Notes under the pieces: model-generated
The model's database searches: none
What the model was told of the DNA's origin: nothing
What the model saw: only the letters and a program-made list of their open reading frames with translations
From: an uncultured Clostridia bacterium
Lineage (GTDB): Bacteria; Bacillota; Clostridia; TANB77; CAG-508
Direction of reading: 5' to 3'
DNA: 40,863 bases
Assembly: GCA_944393365.1 (NCBI GenBank)
Contig: CALXZZ010000003.1
Location: forward strand, 1 to 40,863
Made by a program: the position numbers and the translations under genes
Part shown: piece by piece, positions 19,676-29,240 of the stretch
Layout: each line of letters opens with the position of its first letter
How positions within the stretch are numbered: position 1 is the first letter of the stretch

Positions 19676-21496
19676 ATGAACAACCCAAAAATTAGAAACA
19701 TAGCAATAATCGCACACGTAGACCATGGAAAAACAACATTAGTAGATGCAATGCTTAAACAAAGCCATGTATTTAGAGAAAACGAACAAGTTGCAGAAAG
19801 AGTAATGGACTCAAATGCGCTAGAAAGAGAAAGAGGAATAACAATACTTTCTAAAAACACATCAGTTATGTATAATGACATAAAAATAAATATAGTAGAT
19901 ACACCAGGACATGCTGACTTTGGAGGAGAAGTAGAAAGAGTACTAAAAACTGTTGATGGAGTACTTTTATTAGTTGATGCTTTTGAAGGAGCAATGCCAC
20001 AAACAAGAGAAGTTTTAAAGAAATCATTAGCATTAGGATTAAAACCAATAGTAGTAATAAACAAAATAGATAGACCAGGAGCACAACCTGAAAAAGTAGT
20101 AGACCAAGTAATAGAATTATTTATTGAATTAGATGCAACAGATGAACAATTAGATTTCCCAGTTGTATATGCATCTGCTAAAAATGGAATTGCAAAAATG
20201 GACCTAAATGATGAAACAGATAACTTACATTGCTTATTTGAAACAATAGTAAATACAATCAAAGCTCCAAACTGTGATGAAGAAGGACCAGCACAAATGT
20301 TAGTATCAAATATTGATTATGATGACTATGTTGGAAGAATTGCAGTAGGAAGAGTTGAAAGAGGAATTATAAAAACTGGAATGCCAGTAGCTATTTGTGG
20401 AAAAGAAGATAAAATAACACAAGGTAGAATTGCAAAAGTTTATACTCATGTTGGATTAAATAAAGTAGAAGTAGAAGAAGGAAAAGCAGGAGATATTATT
20501 GAGCTTGCAGGATTACCAGATATAAATATTGGTGACACAATTTGTGATTTCAATCATCCAGAAAAAATACCATTTGTAGATATTGACGAACCAACAGTAT
20601 CTATGACATTTAGTGTTAATAATGGACCATTTGCAGGAAAAGAAGGACAATTCATAACATCAAGACATATAAGAGATAGATTATTCAAAGAACTAGAAAG
20701 AAATGTATCTCTAAGAGTAAAAGAAACAGACTCACCAGATTCTTTTGAAGTATCAGGAAGAGGAGAACTACACTTATCTGTATTAATAGAAACAATGAGA
20801 AGAGAAGGATTTGAATTATTAGTATCTCGTCCAAAAGTTATATTCAAAGAAATTGATGGAGTAAAATGTGAACCAATAGAAGATTTAGTTGTAAATGTAC
20901 CAGATGACTGTGTAGGAAATGTTATAGAAAAATTAGGTAGAAGAAAAGCAGAAATGGTAAATATGGAGCCAGCTGAAGATGGACACACAAAAATTGAATT
21001 TAAAATCCCAGCAAGAGGATTAATTGGATATAGAACAGAATTCTTAACAGACACAAAAGGTGAAGGAACAATGAATCATATATTTGATTCATATGAACCA
21101 TATAAAGGAGACATCCAAGCACGTGTTAGAGGAACAATTGTAGCATTTGAAAATGGAAAATCAGTAACATATGGATTATATAATGCACAAGATAAAGGAG
21201 ATTTATTTATCGGACCTGGTGTAGAAGTATATGAAGGTATGATTGTTGGATTAAATTCAAGAGGAGAAGATTTAGCTATAAATGTATGTAAAGAAAAACA
21301 TTTAACAAATACTAGAGCTTCTGGTTCAGATGATGCATTAAGATTAGTTCCACCAATTCAAATGTCACTTGAAAAAGCTATTGAGTTTATCCAAGATGAT
21401 GAATTGGTTGAGGTTACACCTAAATCAATTAGATTAAGAAAGAAAATATTAGATACTAAGGAAAGAGAAAGAGCAAATAGAAATAAAGTAAGTTAA
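19676..21496 (+). CDS. typA: Translational GTPase TypA/BipA
   Basis: AHVDHGKTT, DTPGHADFGGEVER, SGRGELHL, LVEVTPKSIRLRK. Confidence 0.97.
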   Translation: MNNPKIRNIAIIAHVDHGKTTLVDAMLKQSHVFRENEQVAERVMDSNALERERGITILSKNTSVMYNDIKINIVDTPGHADFGGEVERVLKTVDGVLLLVDAFEGAMPQTREVLKKSLALGLKPIVVINKIDRPGAQPEKVVDQVIELFIELDATDEQLDFPVVYASAKNGIAKMDLNDETDNLHCLFETIVNTIKAPNCDEEGPAQMLVSNIDYDDYVGRIAVGRVERGIIKTGMPVAICGKEDKITQGRIAKVYTHVGLNKVEVEEGKAGDIIELAGLPDINIGDTICDFNHPEKIPFVDIDEPTVSMTFSVNNGPFAGKEGQFITSRHIRDRLFKELERNVSLRVKETDSPDSFEVSGRGELHLSVLIETMRREGFELLVSRPKVIFKEIDGVKCEPIEDLVVNVPDDCVGNVIEKLGRRKAEMVNMEPAEDGHTKIEFKIPARGLIGYRTEFLTDTKGEGTMNHIFDSYEPYKGDIQARVRGTIVAFENGKSVTYGLYNAQDKGDLFIGPGVEVYEGMIVGLNSRGEDLAINVCKEKHLTNTRASGSDDALRLVPPIQMSLEKAIEFIQDDELVEVTPKSIRLRKKILDTKERERANRNKVS

Positions 21497-21503
21497 ACAC
21501 AAG

Positions 21504-22112
21504 GTGAAAATAGATATGAACAAACAAGAATTAGAAAAAATAAAACAAAAAGCATTAGAAGAACATATACCAATAATAATGGATGACACATTAGAAGTAA
21601 TAGAAAAATATCTAAAAGGAAACAAGCCACATAAAATATTAGAAATAGGAACAGCAGTTGGATATTCTGCAATATGCTTTACTGAAATACTTGCTGAAGA
21701 TGGGCAAATAGATACAATAGAAAGAGACACTGAAAGAGTAAAAGAAGCAAAAGAAAACATCAAAAAAGCAGAAGTAGAAAACAAAATAAATATTTATGAA
21801 GGTGATGCAGTAGAAATATTGCCAACACTAAAAAATAAATATGATGTAATATTTATAGATGCAGCCAAAGGAAAATATCCATTTTTCCTAAAAGAAGCAT
21901 TACGTATGTTAAATAAAAATGGAATTATTTTTGCAGACAATATTTTATATAAAGGATATGTTATGAGTGACTATAACAAGCATAAGCAAAGGACTGCTGT
22001 TAGAAATTTAAGAGAATATATAAAAGAAGTAAATGAAAACCCAGAATTAGAAACTGAAATCTTAGAAGTAGGAGATGGACTTGCTGTTAGTAGAAAATTA
22101 ATTATTAATTGA
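21504..22112 (+). CDS. SAM-dependent O-methyltransferase (TrmR/YrrM-like)
   Basis: LEIGTAVGYS, FIDAAKGKY, ADN, GDGL. Confidence 0.88.
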   Translation: MKIDMNKQELEKIKQKALEEHIPIIMDDTLEVIEKYLKGNKPHKILEIGTAVGYSAICFTEILAEDGQIDTIERDTERVKEAKENIKKAEVENKINIYEGDAVEILPTLKNKYDVIFIDAAKGKYPFFLKEALRMLNKNGIIFADNILYKGYVMSDYNKHKQRTAVRNLREYIKEVNENPELETEILEVGDGLAVSRKLIIN

Positions 22113-22212
22113 GAAAAATGTAGAAATTTATAGATTAATATGTTATAATTCCAACAGTTGCAGTAAAAAATGCGGCAAAAATATAAATATATTAAAAAGG
22201 AGATGTAACAGC

Positions 22213-23358
22213 ATGAAAATCAAAGTAATCGCATCAACAAAAGTAGGATATTCATTACCGAAAGAAGAAGCAGTGATTTTTTCAGGAAAATCTGCAGGAA
22301 TTTGCTATTTACCAGATTCAATTGAAACTCTTTTTTCAGAGCCATTAGAAAAGACTCAAAGAAGAGCAAATGGAAACATCAAATCAGGGCATCATAGTGT
22401 ATTTGGACATCCAACATATAATCTTATTTTAGAAGGAGTACCAAAAATTCTTGCAATGATTTTAAATAATGAAAAGATGTACAATACATCTGAAAAATCA
22501 GCAAGATACACAATAATGGAACCATCTATCCAAGAAAAAGAATTATATGAAAAATGGATTGACATATATAAGAATCAGATTTCTAAGAAATATCCTGAAT
22601 TCGATGCGAAAAGAGTAAAGAAATTGGCACAAGAGAATGCGAGATACCTTATAAGTGTGTTTACACCAGCAACTATAATGGAATATACAGTTAATTTTGG
22701 TCAATTAAATTATATTATTAATTGGGCAAAAGATTACATTAAAAATGAAGAAGACACAACATTTTCTTTAAAAATGAAAAAAGTGTTTAAAGATTTTCTA
22801 GAAGCAATTCCAGATTTAGAAATTGAAGGACTAGATTCTAGAGTGAAAAACAGAGCATTTTCTATGTTTGCTAAGAGAAAGAACAGACAAGAAGAATTTG
22901 GTGAGAATTATTGTACAACTTATCTAGCAAGTTTTGCACAACTTGCTCAAGCTCAAAGACATAGAACATTATCCTATGAGATGGCATTACTTGATACACC
23001 ACAATACTACATTCCACCTATAATAAAGGATACTGAGCTGGAGAAAGAGTGGCTTGAGGACATATCTTCTCTACAAGAGTTTTTCCCTCAAGGGATGTTA
23101 GTACAAGTTAATGAAAGAGGAACTATTGAAAATTTTGTTTTGAAATGTATGGAACGTTTATGTGGTTCTGCTCAATTAGAAATTATGGAACAAACAGAAA
23201 AGATAATGAAAAAATATATGGAAGCAGTAAAGGAAAATAAAGAACTTTATAACTACTTGTTACCATATTCTAAAGGAGCACGTTGTACATTTCCTGGCTG
23301 GAAGTGTAATTCACCATGTATTTTTGGTGGAAAAAATGCAATGCATAGAATTATTTAA
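22213..23358 (+). CDS. thyX: Flavin-dependent thymidylate synthase ThyX, long double-domain form
   Basis: GHHSVFGH, SEKSARY, ARYL in the first half; QAQRHRT, YYIPP, ERLC..AQLEI in the second half. Confidence 0.75.
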   Translation: MKIKVIASTKVGYSLPKEEAVIFSGKSAGICYLPDSIETLFSEPLEKTQRRANGNIKSGHHSVFGHPTYNLILEGVPKILAMILNNEKMYNTSEKSARYTIMEPSIQEKELYEKWIDIYKNQISKKYPEFDAKRVKKLAQENARYLISVFTPATIMEYTVNFGQLNYIINWAKDYIKNEEDTTFSLKMKKVFKDFLEAIPDLEIEGLDSRVKNRAFSMFAKRKNRQEEFGENYCTTYLASFAQLAQAQRHRTLSYEMALLDTPQYYIPPIIKDTELEKEWLEDISSLQEFFPQGMLVQVNERGTIENFVLKCMERLCGSAQLEIMEQTEKIMKKYMEAVKENKELYNYLLPYSKGARCTFPGWKCNSPCIFGGKNAMHRII

Positions 23359-23365
23359 CTATGCA

Positions 23366-23397
23366 AACCACTGCTAATTAAAAAATTAGTAGTGGTT
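23366..23397 (+). terminator. Terminator-like hairpin after thyX
   Basis: AACCACTGCTAATT / AATTAGTAGTGGTT. Confidence 0.65.
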
Positions 23398-23449
23398 ATT
23401 ATATTTTTTTAAAATAAATGTATAATTAAACTATAAAGGAGAATAAAAA

Positions 23450-23941
23450 ATGTTAAGCATAATAGTAGCAAAAGCAAAAAACAATATAATAGGAAAAGAA
23501 AACAAACTAATATGGCACATACCAGATGATTTAAAAAGATTTAAAGAATTAACAACAGGTCATAATATAATAATGGGAAGAAAAACATTTGAATCACTAG
23601 GAGGAATATTACCAAATAGAAAACATATAGTATTTACACAAAATCCAGACTTTAAAATTGATAATCCAAATGTGAAAATTGTACATTCAATGTTTGAAAT
23701 TCAAGAATACATTGAAGATAAAGAAGAAAACTTTGTTATAGGTGGAGCAATGATATACAATTTATTAATGCCATATGTAACAAAAATGTATGTAACTGAA
23801 ATTGATAAAGATTTTGATGGAGATACCTTCTTTCCTAAAATTAACACAGAAATATGGAAAGAAATTAGTAGAGAAAAAGGTCCAAGTGATGATAAAATAG
23901 ATTTTAATTATGACTATGTTACTTATGAAAGAATTAAATAG
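23450..23941 (+). CDS. folA: Dihydrofolate reductase
   Basis: IG.EN.L.WHIPDDLKRFK, IMGRKTFES, LPNR, IGGA, GDTFFP. Confidence 0.96.
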   Translation: MLSIIVAKAKNNIIGKENKLIWHIPDDLKRFKELTTGHNIIMGRKTFESLGGILPNRKHIVFTQNPDFKIDNPNVKIVHSMFEIQEYIEDKEENFVIGGAMIYNLLMPYVTKMYVTEIDKDFDGDTFFPKINTEIWKEISREKGPSDDKIDFNYDYVTYERIK

Positions 23942-24060
23942 ATATATAAATTTGAAGCAAAAAGTTTGAAGAAAAAGACTGAAAATGTCTAGACAATTTA
24001 AAAGATATGTGCTAATATATTATAGTACATATCTTTTTAATGTGCAGAAATAATTAATAT

Positions 24061-24143
24061 GCCGATGTGGCGGAATTGGTAGACGCACATGACTCAAAAT
24101 CATGCGGGAAACCATGTGGGTTCGAGTCCCACCATCGGTACCA
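24061..24143 (+). tRNA. tRNA-Leu (anticodon CAA)
   Basis: Acceptor stem GCCGATG / CATCGGT, D-loop GGAATTGGTAGAC, anticodon arm CATGA-CTCAAAA-TCATG, extended variable arm, GGTTCGAGTCC, encoded CCA. Confidence 0.97.
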
Positions 24144-24157
24144 AAAGTCGATAGGTA

Positions 24158-24190
24158 AATAACAATGTATTATAAAAATACATTGTTATT
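24158..24190 (+). terminator. Hairpin after the tRNA
   Basis: AATAACAATGTATT / AATACATTGTTATT. Confidence 0.6.
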
Positions 24191-24260
24191 ATTATATAAA
24201 ACATTATACATATAAAAAAATGTTGAGCATGAAGTAAAAAAGAAAATGAGGAGAAAATAC

Positions 24261-24401
24261 ATGATTTGGAGAATTAAAGATAAAAGGAAAACAAAAAAAG
24301 AAATTTTAAAAACTTATGGAATGACAGAATATGACGAATTTGAATTGTTAAAAAGAAGTGGTGCAAAACTGCCAACTGATAATTATGAATTTGTAAAATA
24401 A
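24261..24401 (+). pseudogene. 46-aa ORF resembling a fragment of HipA-N-terminal/HIRAN-associated proteins
   Basis: RBS GAGGAG; MIWRIKDKRKTKKEILKTYGMTEYDEFELLKRSGAKLPTDNYEFVK; family resemblance recalled, not searched. Confidence 0.45.
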
Positions 24402-24460
24402 AAAAATTATTCATAAATATATATTAACTTGTTGATAAATAAAATATATAATACTGTTCA

Positions 24461-24586
24461 AGAAATAGAGAAAAGCATGAGTGTGTCGCCACCAACGTAA
24501 GGGAAAAGAAATACACACTCTGCTTGGCGATAGAGTGTGTATTTAACATTCAAATCGGCGACCACTTAATGTGGCTCTCTATTTCT
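24461..24586 (-). ncRNA. Candidate structured small RNA, ~125 nt
   Basis: Closing stem AGAAATAGAGA / TCTCTATTTCT, inner stem GTCGCC / GGCGAC, hairpins AAATACACACTCT / AGAGTGTGTATTT and CCAC / GTGG; consensus promoter immediately 5' on the - strand. Confidence 0.65.
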
Positions 24587-24592
24587 ATATTT

Positions 24593-24620
24593 ATTATAGC
24601 ATGTTTTAATGATTTGTCAA
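24593..24620 (-). promoter_or_regulatory. Consensus sigmaA promoter with extended -10, driving the sRNA
   Basis: Minus strand TTGACA-16-TATAAT, with the spacer ending TGc. Confidence 0.75.
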
Positions 24621-24648
24621 ATAGTATCACAAAAATTTTAAAAAAATA

Positions 24649-24677
24649 TTGCAATATATATTTTGCATTGATATAAT
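24649..24677 (+). promoter_or_regulatory. SigmaA promoter of the leader-carAB unit
   Basis: TTGCAA-17-TATAAT, with the spacer ending TGa. Confidence 0.7.
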
Positions 24678-24709
24678 AAGAAAAATATAAAGCACAGAAG
24701 GAGACAAAA

Positions 24710-24793
24710 ATGAAAAACTATTTAAGAAAAAGTAACTTAATAACAATTTCAGCTATTTTCTTAATAGTTAATTTAATAACTTTTACATTTTAA
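24710..24793 (+). CDS. 27-aa hydrophobic small ORF (putative leader peptide of carAB)
   Basis: AAGGAGACAAAAATGAAA start context identical to that of carA; MKNYLRKSNLITISAIFLIVNLITFTF. Confidence 0.5.
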   Translation: MKNYLRKSNLITISAIFLIVNLITFTF

Positions 24794-24818
24794 ATAAGGA
24801 TTTATTCCTTATTTTTTT
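24792..24818 (+). terminator. Attenuator-like terminator upstream of carA
   Basis: AAATAAGGA-TTTAT-TCCTTATTT followed by a T-run. Confidence 0.65.
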
Positions 24819-24868
24819 GTGCCCAAAAATAAGAAAACTGAGTAATAAAAAGAAGAAAGGAGACAAAA

Positions 24869-25951
24869 ATGAAAGCATTTAACAAAAAAATCGTACTAGA
24901 AGATGGAGAAGAATATTTAGGATATGGATTCGGAGCAGACAAAGAAGCAATATGTGAAATCGTATTCAATACATCAATGGTTGGATATCAAGAAATCGTT
25001 TCAGACCCATCATACACATATCAAATGGTAGTAATGACATATCCACTAATAGGAAATTATGGAATCACAGACGAAGACTATGAAACAAAGCAACCAACAA
25101 TCGGAGGAATGGTAGTAAGAGAATATAATGACTTACCAAGTAACTTTAGATATACAAAAACATTATCAGAATACTTAGAAGAAAATGATATACCAGCAAT
25201 ATCAGGTATAGACACAAGAAAGTTAACAAGAAGTATCAGAAATAAAGGAAGTAGAAAAGTAATCATTACAGATATTACAACAAGTAAAGAAGATGCGTTG
25301 AAAAAATTAAAAGCATATGATATTCCAAAAGATGCAGTAGCAAAAGTAAGTTGTAAAAAGAAATGGTATTCAAGAACTGCAAACTATAAATATAATGTAG
25401 TAGCAGTAGATTGTGGAATTAAGTTAAATATAGTAAGAAGTTTAAATAAAAGAGGTTGTAATGTGACAATTGTGCCATATAATACAACAGCAAAAGAAAT
25501 TGAGAATTTAAAACCAGATGGAATCTTTTTGTCAAATGGACCAGGAAATCCAGAAGACGTAAAAGAGGTAATAAACCTAGTAAAAGAATTAAGAGGTAAA
25601 TACCCTATATTTGGAATTTGTTTAGGACATCAAATGATAAGCATAGCTTATGGTGCAAAAACATATAAATTAAAATTTGGACATAGAGGTGGAAACCATC
25701 CAGTATTAAATTTAGAAACAGATAAGATTGAAATTACGAGCCAAAACCATAGTTATGCAGTTGATGAGAAATCTTTAGAAAAAACAGGTTTAGTGGCTAC
25801 TCATAAGAATATTTTGGATAATACAATTGAGGGTGTGGAGTGTAAAAAGGATAAGGTGTTTAGTGTTCAATATCATCCTGAGAGTAGTCCAGGACCACAG
25901 GATAGTGGATATTTATTCGACCAATTTATAAATTTAATGGAGGTGAAATAA
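24869..25951 (+). CDS. carA: Carbamoyl-phosphate synthase small subunit
   Basis: [32 protein letters not shown]. Confidence 0.97.
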   Translation: MKAFNKKIVLEDGEEYLGYGFGADKEAICEIVFNTSMVGYQEIVSDPSYTYQMVVMTYPLIGNYGITDEDYETKQPTIGGMVVREYNDLPSNFRYTKTLSEYLEENDIPAISGIDTRKLTRSIRNKGSRKVIITDITTSKEDALKKLKAYDIPKDAVAKVSCKKKWYSRTANYKYNVVAVDCGIKLNIVRSLNKRGCNVTIVPYNTTAKEIENLKPDGIFLSNGPGNPEDVKEVINLVKELRGKYPIFGICLGHQMISIAYGAKTYKLKFGHRGGNHPVLNLETDKIEITSQNHSYAVDEKSLEKTGLVATHKNILDNTIEGVECKKDKVFSVQYHPESSPGPQDSGYLFDQFINLMEVK

Positions 25952-25952
25952 A

Positions 25953-28900
25953 ATGCCAAAAAGAAAAGATATAAAAACAGTATTAGTTATTGGTTCTGGA
26001 CCAATTGTAATAGGACAAGCAGCAGAATTTGACTATGCCGGAACACAAGCATGTTTAGCATTAAAAGAAGAAGGATACAAAGTAATATTAGTAAACTCAA
26101 ATCCAGCAACAATTATGACAGATACAGCAATTGCAGATAAAGTATATATGGAGCCATTAACATTAGAATATGTTGCAAAAATAATTAGATATGAAAGACC
26201 AGATGCAATTTTGCCAGGAATTGGAGGACAAACGGGATTAAATCTAGCAATGCAGTTATATAGAAAAGGAATTTTGCAAGAATGTCAAGTAGAGCTTTTA
26301 GGAACAAGTAGTAAAAGTATTGAAAAAGCAGAAGATAGAGAAAAGTTCAAAGAGTTATGCCAAGAACTAGGAGAACCAGTATTAGAATCAATTATTGCAG
26401 AATCAGAAGAAGAAGGAATAGAGGCTGCTAAAAAGATAGGATATCCAGTTGTTTTAAGACCTGCTTTTACATTAGGGGGAACAGGTGGAGGATTTGCCGA
26501 CAATGAAAAAGAATTGAAGGAGTTAATTAAACATGCATTAAAACTTTCACCCGTAAATCAAGTATTAGTAGAAAAAAGCATTAAAGGATATAAAGAAATC
26601 GAATATGAAGTAATGAGAGACCATAATGATACAGCAATTACGATTTGTAACATGGAAAATTTAGATCCAGTTGGAATCCATACAGGAGATTCAATTGTTG
26701 TAGCACCAAGCCAAACTTTAACTAATAAAGAATATCAATTGTTAAGAGATAGCGCATTAAGAATTATCAGAGCATTAAAAATAGAAGGAGGATGCAATGT
26801 ACAATTTGCTTTAGACCCACTTTCTTTCAATTACTATGTAATAGAAGTAAATCCAAGAGTATCTCGTTCATCAGCATTAGCATCAAAAGCTAGTGGATAC
26901 CCTATTGCAAGAGTTTCAGCTAAAATTGCAGTAGGTATGAGATTAGAAGAAATTCCATTAGCAAATACCCCTGCAAGTTTTGAGCCGGCATTAGATTATG
27001 TTGTTTGCAAAATACCAAGATTTCCATTTGATAAATTCACACTTGCTTCAAATAAATTAAGTACTCAAATGAAGGCAACAGGTGAAGTTATGAGTGTGGG
27101 AAGAACATTTGAAGAAAGCCTATTAAAAGCAGTAAGGTCACTAGAAACAGGAGTATGTCATATCTATAATAAGAAATTTGATAAGATGGAAACAGAAGAA
27201 ATGATGACATATATAAAAGATGGAAGAGATGATAGGATTTATGCTATTGCGGAACTAATCAGAAGGAATGTTGATTTAGGATTAATTTATGATACAACTA
27301 AAATTGATATGTTTTTCTTAGAAAAAATCAAAAATATTGTAGACGAAGAAACAGTTTTAGCTCAAAATGTTGGAAATATAGATGTTCTAAAAGAAGTTAA
27401 GAAAATGGGATTTAGTGATAAATATATTGCAAAAGTATGGAAGAAAAAAGAAGCAGATATTTATCTGTTAAGAAAAGAGCATAACATATATCCAGTATAC
27501 AAAATGATAGATACTTGTAGTAGTGAATTTGAAAGTTATGTACCATATTTTTATTCAACATATGAAGAGGAAAACGAATCAATTGTAAGTAATAAGAAAA
27601 AAATAATTGTGTTAGGAGCAGGACCAATTAGGATTGGTCAAGGTGTGGAATTTGATTATTCGACTGTCCATGCTGTAAAAACTATTAAAGAAGCGGGATT
27701 TGAAGCAATAATTATTAATAATAACCCAGAAACTGTATCAACAGATTATACAACAAGTGATAAGCTATATTTTGAACCATTAACAGTAGAAGATGTTATG
27801 AATATTATCGACTTAGAAAAACCAGAAGGTGTAATTGCAGCATTAGGAGGACAAACAGCTATTAATCTTGCAGGACCACTTTCTAAATTAGGCGTGAAAA
27901 TAATAGGTACAGATGTAAATGCTATTGAAAAGGCGGAAAATAGAGATGCTTTTGAAAGAGTAATGAAAGAGCTAAAATTACTACAACCTAGAGGAGAAGC
28001 GGTAACTAATATAGAAGATGGAATAAAAGTTGCAAAAGAAATAGGATATCCAGTATTAGTTAGACCAAGTTATGTATTAGGTGGAAGAGCAATGCAAATT
28101 GTTTCTAATCAAAGAGCTTTAGAAAAATACTTAAAAACGGCTGTTGAAATAAATACAGAACAACCTGTATTAGTAGATAAATACATTACTGGAAAAGAAT
28201 TAGAAGTAGATGCAGTATGTGATGGAAAAGATGTATTTATACCAGGAATTATGGAACATGTTGAAAAAACAGGAATACACTCAGGAGATAGTATAAGTGT
28301 ATATCCAACGTTTAGTGTTAGTCAAAAAGCAAAAGATACTATTTTAGATTATACTGTAAAATTAGGATTAGGAATTGGGATTGTAGGATTATACAATATT
28401 CAATTTATTGTAGATAAAAATGAAGATGTATATGTTATAGAGGTAAATCCAAGGTCATCAAGAACAGTGCCATTTATCTCAAAATCAACCGGATATTCTT
28501 TAGCAGATATTGGAACATTAGTAATGCTTGGAAAATCTTTGAAAGAACAAGGAATTGATGTTGTATATCCAAAAGAAAAAGAAAAATGGTATGTAAAAGC
28601 ACCAGCATTTTCATTCTCAAAATTATCAGGATTAGATGCAACACTTTCTCCTGAAATGAAATCAACAGGAGAAGCAATCGGATATGATAAGAAATTAACA
28701 AGAGCCCTATACAAGGCACTACAATCTTCAGGAGTTAAACTTGCAAATTATGGAACAGTTTTTGTAACAATTGCAGATAAAGACAAAGAAGAAGCATTGC
28801 CATTAATCAAAAGATTTTATAACTTAGGATTTAATATAGAAGCGACAAAAGGAACAGCTAAATTTTTAAAAGAACATGGAATTAAAACAAGAGTAAAAAA

Positions 28901-29132
28901 GAAAATTAGTGAAGGTAGTGAAGAAATCCTAGATTCGTTAAGAAAAGGTTATGTGAGCTATGTTATTAATACAAGAAATATCGACTCAATAGACCAAGAA
29001 ACAGATGGAACTTTGATTAGAAGATGTGCAACAGAAAATAATATTCCAACTTTGACAGCATTAGATACTGTTAGAGCAGTTTTAGATGTATTAGAAGAAA
29101 TTACTCTTGGAATTTCAACTATTGATGAATAA
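25953..29132 (+). CDS. carB: Carbamoyl-phosphate synthase large subunit
   Basis: [18 protein letters not shown], two ATP-grasp halves ([18 protein letters not shown]), C-terminal MGS-like domain. Confidence 0.97.
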   Translation: MPKRKDIKTVLVIGSGPIVIGQAAEFDYAGTQACLALKEEGYKVILVNSNPATIMTDTAIADKVYMEPLTLEYVAKIIRYERPDAILPGIGGQTGLNLAMQLYRKGILQECQVELLGTSSKSIEKAEDREKFKELCQELGEPVLESIIAESEEEGIEAAKKIGYPVVLRPAFTLGGTGGGFADNEKELKELIKHALKLSPVNQVLVEKSIKGYKEIEYEVMRDHNDTAITICNMENLDPVGIHTGDSIVVAPSQTLTNKEYQLLRDSALRIIRALKIEGGCNVQFALDPLSFNYYVIEVNPRVSRSSALASKASGYPIARVSAKIAVGMRLEEIPLANTPASFEPALDYVVCKIPRFPFDKFTLASNKLSTQMKATGEVMSVGRTFEESLLKAVRSLETGVCHIYNKKFDKMETEEMMTYIKDGRDDRIYAIAELIRRNVDLGLIYDTTKIDMFFLEKIKNIVDEETVLAQNVGNIDVLKEVKKMGFSDKYIAKVWKKKEADIYLLRKEHNIYPVYKMIDTCSSEFESYVPYFYSTYEEENESIVSNKKKIIVLGAGPIRIGQGVEFDYSTVHAVKTIKEAGFEAIIINNNPETVSTDYTTSDKLYFEPLTVEDVMNIIDLEKPEGVIAALGGQTAINLAGPLSKLGVKIIGTDVNAIEKAENRDAFERVMKELKLLQPRGEAVTNIEDGIKVAKEIGYPVLVRPSYVLGGRAMQIVSNQRALEKYLKTAVEINTEQPVLVDKYITGKELEVDAVCDGKDVFIPGIMEHVEKTGIHSGDSISVYPTFSVSQKAKDTILDYTVKLGLGIGIVGLYNIQFIVDKNEDVYVIEVNPRSSRTVPFISKSTGYSLADIGTLVMLGKSLKEQGIDVVYPKEKEKWYVKAPAFSFSKLSGLDATLSPEMKSTGEAIGYDKKLTRALYKALQSSGVKLANYGTVFVTIADKDKEEALPLIKRFYNLGFNIEATKGTAKFLKEHGIKTRVKKKISEGSEEILDSLRKGYVSYVINTRNIDSIDQETDGTLIRRCATENNIPTLTALDTVRAVLDVLEEITLGISTIDE

Positions 29133-29240
29133 TAAGAAAATTTATTAAAAAATAATCAAGAGAATTAAATAAATATGCAAAAAAACTTTACATAAACATA
29201 AAAAGTAGTATAATAGTTTTGTTATATTTGGAGGATTGAT

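Noticed and set aside
24061-24143. Intact prophage or integrative element at tRNA-Leu
   Set aside because: I found no integrase and no duplicated tRNA 3' end in the window.
24648-24670. ARG box upstream of carA
   Set aside because: TGCAA..TTGCA has the wrong spacing for the ArgR consensus and coincides with the -35 element.
29133-29240. TPP riboswitch before the CYTH/NMT1 operon
   Set aside because: The intergenic region is short and AT-rich, with no GCTGAGA or other THI-box motif.
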